Made by a program: the position numbers and the translations under genes. A stretch of 64,000 nucleotides of DNA from a virus (taxonomy: Duplodnaviria; Heunggongvirae; Uroviricota; Caudoviricetes). Positions 31,201-41,040 of the stretch are shown here, one piece after another (positions within the stretch are counted from its first letter, which is position 1; each line of letters begins with the position of its first letter). The notes under the pieces are model-generated. The model saw nothing but the letters and a program-made list of their open reading frames with translations. It was not told the DNA's origin and searched no databases. The DNA lies in IMG/VR virus record IMGVR_UViG_3300024303_000011; one strand, 5' to 3'.

Positions 31201-32715
31201 TCATTTTGTATTCTTATCCTGATCTCTGTCTTCTACACCCTCATCACCAAGTTCACTTTCTGGCTTTTTTGGTGCACCGCCCTCGCTATCTGCGCTTTGT
31301 GTATTCGATGACACGAGAGGATTATTCCATCTATCAATTCCAAGTCCAAGGAGTTGGCGCTCAAGGAAATCCATACCAAAGCTCTTCTGAGGATTGGCCT
31401 TCATCATTGACGCAAGCTCCGTCTTTAAGGGAATACCAAGACCGGCTGCTTTTATATACTTTTCAATTTCATCATCCATAAAATATGGAGAAATATCTGA
31501 AAATTCAACAACCATAGTTTCTACGTTATGATTATATTTCAAATAAAACTTTAACCACGCATTAATTTGCGTAGTTGGAGCCATAGCATCCTGACACTCA
31601 GAAAGCATAGCCATCTTAAATGCTGTTGAATTCGTGATTTTATTGGAATTCATTACAATAGAACCATTTGCCTCAATAACATTCATATATGCTTTACTTA
31701 AAACATTGCTATCACTTGCGTCGTTATCTTTAAACTCTATGACATCCAGATCCAAAGGAGACAGAGCGTATGCAACATTTTCTGGCAATGAGGCATTAAG
31801 TTTTTTCATAAATGCTAAAGCCAAATCCAAATCCACAGCAAAGTCGTCTGGACTCTTTGTTCCAGAAATTGTGTCCAATTTACCCCAAACCATTTTATAA
31901 TTTTGCAGTGAATCAATTTCGTTCTGTGCTGCCTGAAGATCAGTCAAAGAAATAATCTGTTCCATTAATCCGCTTAGTGGAGGAATTGCATAATCCAAAT
32001 TATCTGGATCTATTTTAATGCATATTGTTCTCTCCAAAGAAAGCTGCTTCCACTTCACATTATCTTTCTGATATTGATTATATAAAGTAGTAAATTCCTT
32101 ATCATAATATTCCAGCATATCTTCATTTCCTCGGAAATAAGACATGTCAAAAAGGAAACCAAGCACACCATGGTCATATGAGGCGCAAGATATTTTACAG
32201 TAATCAGGATCTAAAGGATGAATATAAAAGGTTCCTTCTCCCTCTGGATCTCCATATACATAACCATAAAACACGCCATTTTTCCACGCGTGCAACATAA
32301 CCTTCAATATCTGAGTTTCCATGTGCATCATAGTTACGATATTAACTACGCGACCATATTCTTTGAGGATTGATTCTTCGTCATTCTCTTCAACCATATC
32401 AATGATTGGATATGCGCTCCAAGTTTTGCAGTTAATCTGCTGGGCCTTGAAGTTAATCATCCTACGATAAACATGTGAAACTGTATATAAATAATTGCTT
32501 AACTTACGCAACTGTTTATTGTTAGACTCAGTGGCTGGATTTCGCAAATATGTTCTTAAAGTGTCTCTACTATATGTGGTCGTTGTTCTATTCGGTGGAT
32601 TCTCCGGATCGAACAGCTGTAAAGCATTTTTCAATTGTTCGGCAAATAAAGCCCTTTTCTTTTCTTCTTCTGATTGCAGCAATTTAATTTGTTCTTTAGT
32701 TTCCACGGGCCTCAC
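31201..32715 (-). CDS. Portal protein
   Basis: ~500 aa directly after TerL; LDPDYCKI motif; acidic tail with GGAPKK. Confidence 0.8.
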   Translation of the reverse strand: MRPVETKEQIKLLQSEEEKKRALFAEQLKNALQLFDPENPPNRTTTTYSRDTLRTYLRNPATESNNKQLRKLSNYLYTVSHVYRRMINFKAQQINCKTWSAYPIIDMVEENDEESILKEYGRVVNIVTMMHMETQILKVMLHAWKNGVFYGYVYGDPEGEGTFYIHPLDPDYCKISCASYDHGVLGFLFDMSYFRGNEDMLEYYDKEFTTLYNQYQKDNVKWKQLSLERTICIKIDPDNLDYAIPPLSGLMEQIISLTDLQAAQNEIDSLQNYKMVWGKLDTISGTKSPDDFAVDLDLALAFMKKLNASLPENVAYALSPLDLDVIEFKDNDASDSNVLSKAYMNVIEANGSIVMNSNKITNSTAFKMAMLSECQDAMAPTTQINAWLKFYLKYNHNVETMVVEFSDISPYFMDDEIEKYIKAAGLGIPLKTELASMMKANPQKSFGMDFLERQLLGLGIDRWNNPLVSSNTQSADSEGGAPKKPESELGDEGVEDRDQDKNTK

Positions 32716-32721
32716 CGTCCT

Positions 32722-34773
32722 TTATCCAAATATTTTATCTATATGTTTTCCGGCAGAAACTTCAAGTTTAGAAAGTATCTCGCTCGGATCTTTCTTTTTT
32801 CTGGTAACTAAATTTTCACGACGCAGTTGCTGTAATACCCATGCTCCCATTGCGGCAACATATGCTCGGTCATCGTGAAGTTTTCCAACTTTATCCGGAG
32901 CCAAATCAAATCTATCGTTTCCTGTTGATTGCTTAAATCTATATATATTCACCAACTCTGTTTTCATTGCATCAATTTGTTTTAATGCAATTTCTTCATC
33001 GGCGTCTAAATGATATTGCTCTCGTACTACATCTATGCCCTTTTTAGACAACTCCTTGACTTCCTTCTCAGTCGGATCGGAATATCTAGGTATCTTTTTA
33101 CCAGTTTTAATATCAACATCATACATTAATGTAATATATCCGCGATTATCATATTCACTCGGCCACTCGATCAAATTCATATCAACCATTTCGATAAGCG
33201 CCTTATACATTTCCGCTTTATATTTTGTAGGTTGTAAAAGATGTAGTTTGTCTGTAATGGCATTAGGATATAATGGTGCTTCTTCAACACTATATTCCTT
33301 ATCTATCAATCCTCTGTGTACGTTGCCATCTTCATCTTCCCAATCTTCCCAAAGGAAGTCGGAGATATTAACTCCCGCACCACCAGAACCGGCATCAATA
33401 CAAATGCTGAGAATGTTTTCATAATCAGCGCGACCTTCGCCATTATAAGACAATATCAAATTCTTAAGCTCCTTTATCTGGTTCGGAGTAGTCATAGGCG
33501 TTTTGCGCTTTTTCTCTAAATTAATTAAATTGACAACATTTTGTATGCGCATTTTCCACCCAACAACTGGATCTTGATAATATTCTGCACATAAAATTAC
33601 AGAGTTATCTTTGGAACGTGCAGGGTCATATAAAAGCGCCCATTTACTAAGACCGTCTTCATTTTTTAATTTGGGCGGTCTGGTTACTGAGTTTCTGATG
33701 ATAGCTGCTCGTTTAATAATTTGACCGTCGCCACCCTCTGATGTAAATATGTTTCTATATTCACGCATGGCAGCTTCTTTATCTTCACGCATAGCTTGAT
33801 CAACTTTTTCCTGAGTCAACAATGGAACCGGCCACAATTTATTGTGCACTGTTGCATTGATAATAACGTCACAGGAAATATCTGCGCAAAAATATCGCTT
33901 ATCTCCTGCGAACATACGCAAAGAAAATTCTTTATATTTTTTAAAGAAATATTGATCGGTACGTCCCGCAGAAGAACAATACAACAATTGGTTAGGAAAT
34001 GGAACTGGCTCGGCCATTACGTCATCCGCATTATAATCTTTACCCATCTTAAACTCTGAGTTCTGAGTTGTGAAAGGTTCAGATGTATGGAATAATTCAT
34101 CTGCGGCGTTCATCGCTTCGTCGTATACATTCAAGTTACTTCGTTTCGAACGGTTGTTGTCAAAAGCTCCGTTAAGTGTAAAACACTGACTGCCACCATA
34201 TGTACGCACAGTGTATGACGCAGGATTATGCACCCAACCAGTTGAGTTCGCCTGTGATTTAACAACATTACTCTGAAAAATATCATTCAAATTAGTAAAC
34301 GAAGTAATATTTTTCATTGCAAATTGTTCCATCTTGGTAAACAACTCAATAGACTGAGAACCAACCCCTGCAAGGATATATGCCTTAAATCCAGGTATAA
34401 GCAACATTTTTGCCATAATAAACAGTGCAGCTAACACAGACTTACCACCGTTACGGCTCATTGCCCATACAACAAAAGGCTTATTCCACGAACTATCAAT
34501 CAAATATCGTTGATAGTCCATTAATTGTACGTTAAAAACTTCTTCAATAAAGCGCGACGGATTACGTCTGCCCCACTGAAGAAATTCTGCCAAATCTAAT
34601 TTTTCTTTATATTTTTTTGTCGTCATATCATATAGATTTGGTCTTACAAAAATTCCACCATCGCCAAAAGCATATTCAAGTTCTTCGGTTAATTCTTTAT
34701 AGCCTTCAAAACAATCTTCTATGCAGTTTTCTAGTATTTCTTGCTGAGTTAAAACATGATCACTCATTATCAA
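32722..34773 (-). CDS. terL: Terminase large subunit
   Basis: Walker A SRNGGKS, Walker B VYDEA, coupling motif SSA, nuclease YDPARSKD...HDDR. Confidence 0.9.
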   Translation of the reverse strand: MIMSDHVLTQQEILENCIEDCFEGYKELTEELEYAFGDGGIFVRPNLYDMTTKKYKEKLDLAEFLQWGRRNPSRFIEEVFNVQLMDYQRYLIDSSWNKPFVVWAMSRNGGKSVLAALFIMAKMLLIPGFKAYILAGVGSQSIELFTKMEQFAMKNITSFTNLNDIFQSNVVKSQANSTGWVHNPASYTVRTYGGSQCFTLNGAFDNNRSKRSNLNVYDEAMNAADELFHTSEPFTTQNSEFKMGKDYNADDVMAEPVPFPNQLLYCSSAGRTDQYFFKKYKEFSLRMFAGDKRYFCADISCDVIINATVHNKLWPVPLLTQEKVDQAMREDKEAAMREYRNIFTSEGGDGQIIKRAAIIRNSVTRPPKLKNEDGLSKWALLYDPARSKDNSVILCAEYYQDPVVGWKMRIQNVVNLINLEKKRKTPMTTPNQIKELKNLILSYNGEGRADYENILSICIDAGSGGAGVNISDFLWEDWEDEDGNVHRGLIDKEYSVEEAPLYPNAITDKLHLLQPTKYKAEMYKALIEMVDMNLIEWPSEYDNRGYITLMYDVDIKTGKKIPRYSDPTEKEVKELSKKGIDVVREQYHLDADEEIALKQIDAMKTELVNIYRFKQSTGNDRFDLAPDKVGKLHDDRAYVAAMGAWVLQQLRRENLVTRKKKDPSEILSKLEVSAGKHIDKIFG

Positions 34774-35935
34774 TCACCCGTCCAAACTCATCAATTAAAC
34801 CACGCTCTCTTAAAAAGTCTTTTAAGTCCTTGTTTTCAACCATTAAAAGTCTTGCACGCTCAACCGCTTTATCTCGCTGTTTTTGCAGCTCATCAATAAG
34901 TTCTCTTCTGATATTTCCAATTTCGTTCATGATATTTTCATCAAAACCAATTTGATCAACCTGTGCTTTTGAACTAATCTCTGCAACCTGCTGCATGCCT
35001 TTGCAATAGTCAATATCATACATATTAATTTTTGCATCTCTAAAGCCAATCAAATCCAACTCTTTCATTTTACCAGTAAGCGTGTTTTGACCTTTACTTT
35101 TAGAGTTATTAAAATTCACAGAGATGCCATTATCTTTTGCCAACGCGTTGGCTCCGCTAAGAAGTTTTGAAATGGTATCTGCGTGTTGTTTTATAGTTCC
35201 ATTATTATTGTTTAATTTCTTTGTATCGGAAGACAATTCATTGATTGCATCATTCAGCTTTTGAATTTGATTAAATGCCTGTACTATCTGAATAACCGCA
35301 TTCATCTTCATGCCATCATTCTTTGTTTCTTCGTCAATAAAACTAATTAATTGCGCATATAATACTGGCAAATCTTGTTCAACCGGATAGTTTGCAAATG
35401 GATCATACCCAATAAGACGAATAATATCTCTTTTATTAGTCTTATATTCATCCAGTACTTCCGGAGTCAAGGTGGCAGCCACCTTGTTTTCAGTTTCTTC
35501 CTTAGACTCAGAGTGATTTTCTTGAAAAAGATCTCCGTCTCTCCAGCGCATTGTCTTATAATTTACCATTTGAACATTCTTAATGTATGACGTCCAAATA
35601 TTTCTTTTAGGCTGTTTCAATGACTCGTCGTGCACTTCATTATACGCAGTATCCCACAAAGTATAAATAAAAGGCTTATCCAAATACATTAAGGCATTCT
35701 TCAGAGAACTTTCAGTAACATCCGAATATGACCCAGTCTTAGGATCGTATCTACGTGCAATCTTCTCAGCACAATCTTTACACGGAAACGCTATTCCAAT
35801 CGACACAGCTGGATCTGAAGATACATAAAATGCCGTTTTCTTTTTAGATTCACCGCAATGTGGGCATACATACTCCGGCACAGGGTCTTTGGTCATCGTC
35901 ATTGGCCTCTTCTTTGCGCCCATAGCTTTAGCCAT
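34760..35935 (-). CDS. Zn-finger protein upstream of TerL, putative terminase small subunit
   Basis: CPHC...CKDC; overlaps TerL start. Confidence 0.55.
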   Translation of the reverse strand: MAKAMGAKKRPMTMTKDPVPEYVCPHCGESKKKTAFYVSSDPAVSIGIAFPCKDCAEKIARRYDPKTGSYSDVTESSLKNALMYLDKPFIYTLWDTAYNEVHDESLKQPKRNIWTSYIKNVQMVNYKTMRWRDGDLFQENHSESKEETENKVAATLTPEVLDEYKTNKRDIIRLIGYDPFANYPVEQDLPVLYAQLISFIDEETKNDGMKMNAVIQIVQAFNQIQKLNDAINELSSDTKKLNNNNGTIKQHADTISKLLSGANALAKDNGISVNFNNSKSKGQNTLTGKMKELDLIGFRDAKINMYDIDYCKGMQQVAEISSKAQVDQIGFDENIMNEIGNIRRELIDELQKQRDKAVERARLLMVENKDLKDFLRERGLIDEFGRVIDNE

Positions 35936-35976
35936 AAATAATCACTCCTTTCTATAAAATTTGCAAATAGAAGTAA

Positions 35977-36228
35977 TTAATTACAATCCATCATTATTTG
36001 TTCTGGTTCAGCATCGTTTGTTTTTGCCTTAGCTTCATCGATAATCTGAGTAAATGCAGCCTGAAATTCTTCTGTATTCGCAAAGATAAATACCGTCTTA
36101 TCAGGTTCGCCACGAAGAGGCTTTATATCAATAATTGGAAATCCCTTTTTGCATAAAGCACGGGCAACCTTTGCGTCAAATACCAGTTTGCTAACTTTGT
36201 TCTCATTTTTCATTTCTTTCATAGTCAT
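35977..36228 (-). CDS. DUF5659-like protein
   Basis: VFDAKVARALCKKGFPIIDIKP....KTVFIF.NTEEF. Confidence 0.7.
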   Translation of the reverse strand: MTMKEMKNENKVSKLVFDAKVARALCKKGFPIIDIKPLRGEPDKTVFIFANTEEFQAAFTQIIDEAKAKTNDAEPEQIMMDCN

Positions 36229-36328
36229 TTCTCTCTTTCTTAATTAAATCATTTTATATTGTACGGAGCGTTTTAGATCCGCTCCAACGATCAATTGACA
36301 TGAGTTTTATGTCTTCATGCCGACAATA

Positions 36329-37549
36329 TTAGTGTAGTTTAATATTATAAGTGCATTCTCTTCCTTCAGACGCACTAAAAATCATCAATGTCTGTCCTGG
36401 TGCAGAATATAATCTATTATTGTTAGAATAATCATCGGTTCCACATAAAGAACGAACCAGTATAGACTCTATGCCAAGAGATTCAAATTCTTCAATATGA
36501 TGTTTGTCAGCGCTAATGGTATAATCAACTGTTCTTCCATATTTCTTTGTGAACAATGTATTTACTGTAACACCAAAGCTCTTAAATTTTTCAAGATCTC
36601 CGTGCGCAGCAACTACATCATATCCTAAAACATTAAGGTGAATAAATTCGTAATATTCACTTTCAACAACCGATATCTTTGAATTATCGCGAAGTCTCTG
36701 CTTTAACCACCAAGGAATAATTTTTTCCATATTGTCAGAATGGATGCTATCGTTCTTATTTTGTACAGTACGCAAATGATTGCCGTATGTAGCATATATA
36801 TTTACGGAATGTACGTATTTAGATAAAGCATTAACCGCCTCTGCAATAATCTCAGACACATGCATCAACTGGTCACACGTATCTTCCTCTGATGCAACAC
36901 GGGCAGAATTATGTATCGCACCGTGCGCAGAATCTCCAAGTAAAAGAACATGAAGAGTTCGGATCTCATGTCTTTCTAAGTACTTAATTGTTTTCTTTAT
37001 CAACTCAGTAACTCTTTGTCTGCATATCTCCGTGTTATATTTGTTCCAAATGTTATCGGTAACAAGACCATAATGCCAGTCGGAAAAACAAAGAACCGCT
37101 TCATTAAACTCATCTCCGTCGTACAAATCCTCAAACTCTAAAGGACTTACATCACAAAGATTGTTAACCGCATCAACTAATTTATTTGTTAAATGCTCGA
37201 AACGGGCTTCGGACGTCCAAAGTTTTTTACATTCTCTACGCTGATCTTCCCATTGTTTCTTTGCCTTAAACATCTCTTTGATTTGAGATTCATTTTCTCT
37301 CATTTGTAATTCGGTAAACTGCTCTTTACTAAAAATTCCATCATACGCATCAGAAAAATTTTTGAACTTTTTTCGATACGCCGAAGAATCATAATAAGAA
37401 CACTCATCTTCTCTAAATTCTTTATTCATGAAGGCCGCTATTTCTGGCCATGTAATATCACCCAGCACACCGTTAGACTTTGCTTTACCGATACGCCATA
37501 GCGTTTGATCTTCGGTTTCTCCATCTAACCGTTTTAAAATATCATTCAT
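36329..37549 (-). CDS. Calcineurin-like metallophosphoesterase (SPbeta YonJ-like)
   Basis: SDWHYG, LGD, GNH, HGD and DKHH motifs. Confidence 0.8.
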   Translation of the reverse strand: MNDILKRLDGETEDQTLWRIGKAKSNGVLGDITWPEIAAFMNKEFREDECSYYDSSAYRKKFKNFSDAYDGIFSKEQFTELQMRENESQIKEMFKAKKQWEDQRRECKKLWTSEARFEHLTNKLVDAVNNLCDVSPLEFEDLYDGDEFNEAVLCFSDWHYGLVTDNIWNKYNTEICRQRVTELIKKTIKYLERHEIRTLHVLLLGDSAHGAIHNSARVASEEDTCDQLMHVSEIIAEAVNALSKYVHSVNIYATYGNHLRTVQNKNDSIHSDNMEKIIPWWLKQRLRDNSKISVVESEYYEFIHLNVLGYDVVAAHGDLEKFKSFGVTVNTLFTKKYGRTVDYTISADKHHIEEFESLGIESILVRSLCGTDDYSNNNRLYSAPGQTLMIFSASEGRECTYNIKLH

Positions 37550-37585
37550 ACTTTGCTCTCCTTCTTCTAAATAAAAAAGACGGTA

Positions 37586-37906
37586 TTAACCGTCCTTCTT
37601 AGTGTCATATGCTTCTTGCAATCTAAGTCTAAAGTCTTGACTAAATTTTACAAATGGCTTAGTTGTGTCTCCAACTATGATTGGTAATTGTGTTTTAGGA
37701 TGAACTCTTTCTCTTTGGCCAACAATTTTACATCCCAATTTTATTCCGGTTACAATCTGCACCTGAATATCGTCCTCTAATGTGGCATCATTAAATGCTT
37801 CAAGCACAACATCGTCCATACATTGCAATAAATTACGAACATCTTTTTGAAAATATCCGCTTTTTTCAGACAATCTCTTTACCAGCATTTCGCGTGTAAC
37901 AACCAT
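37586..37906 (-). CDS. hup: HU/IHF-like DNA-binding protein
   Basis: TREMLVKRLSEK...RERVHPKTQLPIIV....PFVKFS. Confidence 0.7.
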   Translation of the reverse strand: MVVTREMLVKRLSEKSGYFQKDVRNLLQCMDDVVLEAFNDATLEDDIQVQIVTGIKLGCKIVGQRERVHPKTQLPIIVGDTTKPFVKFSQDFRLRLQEAYDTKKDG

Positions 37907-37992
37907 ATCTTTTCCTCCGTTTCTTATTATTTAAAAGTAAGGGAGTCCCCACAGGAACTCCCCGTCGCAGGCATCTGCAACTCAATCACTAT

Positions 37993-38069
37993 TGGTTGCG
38001 GGGGAAGGATTCGAACCTTCGACCGCTAGGGTATGAACCTAGTAAGCTAACCAACTGCTCTACCCCGCA
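37993..38069 (-). tRNA. trnM: tRNA-Met(CAT), initiator-like
   Basis: Full cloverleaf, TTCGAAT loop, encoded CCA. Confidence 0.9.
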
Positions 38070-38107
38070 ATATAAACCCATGGCCCGTAGGTCACATGAG
38101 TGATGTG

Positions 38108-38182
38108 TGGAGCTGAAGAGGGGAATCGAACCCCTAACCACGAGATTACAAATCACGTGCTCTACCGTTGAGCCACTTCAGC
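38108..38182 (-). tRNA. trnT: tRNA-Thr(TGT)
   Basis: Cloverleaf, encoded CCA. Confidence 0.9.
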
Positions 38183-38384
38183 AAACAATGATTTTCACAC
38201 CCCAGGCTCATTACACCTTGCATTCCGCCTTTGCTTCCACGCTTCTCCGGTTTTGATTTTAAGCGTCTTCAATTGTCCTCGTCATTATTTTAAGTCGTGC
38301 GACCATTACGACACGCCAATTCGGGCAATAAGGTTGTTTCCCTACTATGCAACGTACAGTTTTTTATCCTACTCTGTTTCGGAT

Positions 38385-38461
38385 TGGCGACCCGAAGGGG
38401 ACTCGAACCCCTGACCTCCGCCGTGACAGGGCGGCGTTCTAACCAACTGAACTACCGGGCC
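38385..38461 (-). tRNA. trnD: tRNA-Asp(GTC)
   Basis: Cloverleaf, encoded CCA. Confidence 0.95.
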
Positions 38462-38517
38462 ATAAATACACGCATCTTTCTGAGCCGTGCTCAGTGCTCC
38501 CGTGGCGTGCCTACGAC

Positions 38518-38593
38518 TGGCTCCCCGTGCTGGGCTCGAACCAGCGACATACGGATTAACAGTCCGCCGTTCTACCTACTGGACTAACGAGGA
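38518..38593 (-). tRNA. trnN: tRNA-Asn(GTT)
   Basis: Cloverleaf, encoded CCA. Confidence 0.92.
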
Positions 38594-38599
38594 ATATGT

Positions 38600-38675
38600 T
38601 GGTAGTCGGTAGGAGATTCGAACTCCTGTCTCAGGCTTGAAGGGCCCGCGTCTTTGCCAACTTGACTAACCGACC
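38600..38675 (-). tRNA. trnE: tRNA-Glu(TTC) with C33
   Basis: Anticodon arm CGGGC-CCTTCAA-GCCTG; encoded CCA. Confidence 0.8.
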
Positions 38676-38752
38676 ATATAAGACGCCTAATAAACTAGAA
38701 CGATATAATATAACATCGTTCTTACAAACCTCAGCATCAATGTTTTCTTGGT

Positions 38753-38828
38753 TGGTGGACCCAGCGAGAGTCGAACTCGCGACCCCTACCTTGCAAGGGT
38801 AGTGCTCTCCCAATTGAGCTATGGGCCC
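38753..38828 (-). tRNA. trnA: tRNA-Ala(TGC)
   Basis: G3.U70 identity pair; encoded CCA. Confidence 0.95.
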
Positions 38829-38990
38829 ATAGTAGAGTGGCCGAATTTCTCCAACCACCCAAGTATGTGTCCGCAAACACATACCGCAATTAATATATAA
38901 AACAGACAGCCTACAAGTGTGCCATGCCTCGAAAAGGGCTGTTAAGAATCTAGTTTCGATATTTGGATTGCCTGCAGGAGATGTTTTTTT

Positions 38991-39206
38991 TTAAATAACC
39001 TCTCCAGTCTCCTGATCGACCTCTGGAGCATACTCTTCATCGTAACTAACTGAAATTTTACACTCATTGCCATCGAATGCATCCATCAGCTCATGTAGAT
39101 AAAAATCACCACGATCTTCAACACTGACAACAATACGACCGTCTTCATCAATATTGACAATGCCCTGAATGTTTAATGCGTACTTCTTTGAAACCTTTTG
39201 TGCCAT
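38991..39206 (-). CDS. YonK-like small acidic protein
   Basis: Size, pattern (L.ELM..FDG.E.KISV) and SPbeta-like synteny. Confidence 0.6.
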   Translation of the reverse strand: MAQKVSKKYALNIQGIVNIDEDGRIVVSVEDRGDFYLHELMDAFDGNECKISVSYDEEYAPEVDQETGEVI

Positions 39207-39211
39207 AAGAA

Positions 39212-39490
39212 TTACTCCTTGTTATTATAAAAATTCGTTTTAAAAAATCCACCTATTGTGGTCATAATTGCACAGAACAATGGAACGTGGTCTGGCGTAA
39301 AATTAAATTGTGTAATGTTTCCAAGCATCATATTTAGTCCGTCTGCTACTAGTTGCCCAATGAAACACTTTAGTAACAAACCTCCTAAATATCCACACAA
39401 GAAAAATACAGTCCCATTAAAAATCAAAGCGAAAATTGCGAATAAAAGCACACCAACGCCAAACGCCGTATTAAATTTACTTTTCTTCAT
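39212..39490 (-). CDS. Small membrane protein
   Basis: Hydrophobic segments; GGAG RBS. Confidence 0.65.
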   Translation of the reverse strand: MKKSKFNTAFGVGVLLFAIFALIFNGTVFFLCGYLGGLLLKCFIGQLVADGLNMMLGNITQFNFTPDHVPLFCAIMTTIGGFFKTNFYNNKE

Positions 39491-39500
39491 ACATATCTCC

Positions 39501-40124
39501 TTAATAAAGTACGTCTAAATCACTTATAATATCATCAACAAGTCCATTATCAAGCATTTCTTGTTCATCCATGTACCAATCAGAAGCGGCCTTTTTCTTA
39601 AACATCTTAGGATCTACTTTTGTATGAGCAAGGAAATAATCAATGATCTTCTTGCCAAGCTTATCAAAATACTTCTTCATATTTTCAACCTGTTCTACGG
39701 TTCCGCCATATCCACAACTTCCAGTGTGCACCATTGCTGTACATCCTGGTAGTGTATATCTCTTGTGACCAGCAGCGAGTAAATCTGCAGCCGCACTATA
39801 AGCGGTACAATAGTTAATTGTATATACAGGTGTTTTACTGATTTCAATTGCTTTAATTGTTGTCCACAAAGTACATACATCTCCGCCAGGAGAGTCAATA
39901 AATACTTTGATTGGAACTCTATCCTCGACTTTTTTATCTTTATCTTCCTTGTTGTACTTAATGATCATTCTAACTAAATTCAACAGAGAGTCGTCAATTG
40001 TACCATTCACCCAAAAAACTCTATCCTGCTCGTCAATATAATAATCACGAAGCTCAGGATCTGGAAGTTGAAGATTTGCAACCGTATCAGGTATTTGCAA
40101 TAGCACGCTACTTAAATCATTCAT
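39501..40124 (-). CDS. clpP: ClpP-like protease
   Basis: PIKVFIDSPGGDV, YSAAA (Ser), MVH (His), DWYM (Asp), GLVDDI. Confidence 0.85.
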   Translation of the reverse strand: MNDLSSVLLQIPDTVANLQLPDPELRDYYIDEQDRVFWVNGTIDDSLLNLVRMIIKYNKEDKDKKVEDRVPIKVFIDSPGGDVCTLWTTIKAIEISKTPVYTINYCTAYSAAADLLAAGHKRYTLPGCTAMVHTGSCGYGGTVEQVENMKKYFDKLGKKIIDYFLAHTKVDPKMFKKKAASDWYMDEQEMLDNGLVDDIISDLDVLY

Positions 40125-40257
40125 AATTGTTCTCCTTTTGCATTCTGTTTTAATTTTGAATAGGAAAATGCTTGTGCATTTCTTCTATATCAGTTAAGAA
40201 AATCTCGACCACTTTTTTGAACGTTCGATATTCAACTAGGATTTTCCTATGTGAATA

Positions 40258-41040
40258 TCAATCATTTTGTTGTGTAAGATTTTTTCTATTTTTTTCTGCC
40301 CATAATCTTTTTTGCTCAGTCTGTACTTCTTTTGCACACTCTTCACAATATTTTTTTGGTTTAGTTTTACTTTGTTTCATCAATCTATGACACTTCTGAC
40401 ACTGTGTATATCCTTTTCCATCATTCTTCCAATTCAAATAAACATAAGCAAGTTCCTGACAATCAACTTCATTTAGATTCAAAGTAACCTCATCTTCGCT
40501 GATAAAATTAACTATAAGACATTGAGTGTTGTTCTTTTTTGGATACCCCAGAAGCCCGCTCCGAATGATACCGTATAAAATATATTCTCTCTCATCAGAA
40601 GGAACAGAAATACGAGCCATTTTACATAATTCCGGCAAAGAATATTTCACAAGACCATTAGTAAATCCATAAGAAACACTTTGTTGCTTAGCCATACATA
40701 ATAGCACAAACAGTACCTTCTCTGCTCTTAAATTATCCAAAGAAGAAATAAAATCCAACTCAGACTTGGTTATTTGAATGTTTTCGATCTTATAAAACGG
40801 ATTACGATGTGCTTTTTTAATAGCGTCAGATATTAAGTTTGAATAACTGCTTTCATCAAAATTATTATGATTATTTATCATCCATTCCACAGTATGTTTA
40901 TAATTATCCTCGTCACTATAATTTAATGCATAAAGCTGATATCTAGTGATATAACCTATTTTTGCCACGACGGACTTTACATCATTATTTTTACAATAAT
41001 ACAACGCTTCTGCATATTTTTCTTCATTCAAAATCAACAT
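40258..41040 (-). CDS. Hypothetical protein with C-terminal Zn ribbon, overlapping the RNAP gene
   Basis: CQKC...KYCEEC; overlaps end of 41024-43861. Confidence 0.7.
   Translation of the reverse strand: MLILNEEKYAEALYYCKNNDVKSVVAKIGYITRYQLYALNYSDEDNYKHTVEWMINNHNNFDESSYSNLISDAIKKAHRNPFYKIENIQITKSELDFISSLDNLRAEKVLFVLLCMAKQQSVSYGFTNGLVKYSLPELCKMARISVPSDEREYILYGIIRSGLLGYPKKNNTQCLIVNFISEDEVTLNLNEVDCQELAYVYLNWKNDGKGYTQCQKCHRLMKQSKTKPKKYCEECAKEVQTEQKRLWAEKNRKNLTQQND

Noticed and set aside
38186..38380. tmRNA or raiA-motif identity for the inter-tRNA region
   Set aside because: No tRNA-like acceptor/T-arm ends or tag ORF; resemblance too slight to name without a covariance search
38600..38675. Possible opal suppressor tRNA (TCA read in loop CCTTCAA) and genome recoding
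   Set aside because: The stem pairs only with TTC centred in a 7-nt loop, and TGA, TAG and TAA all end genes normally with no fragmented ORFs
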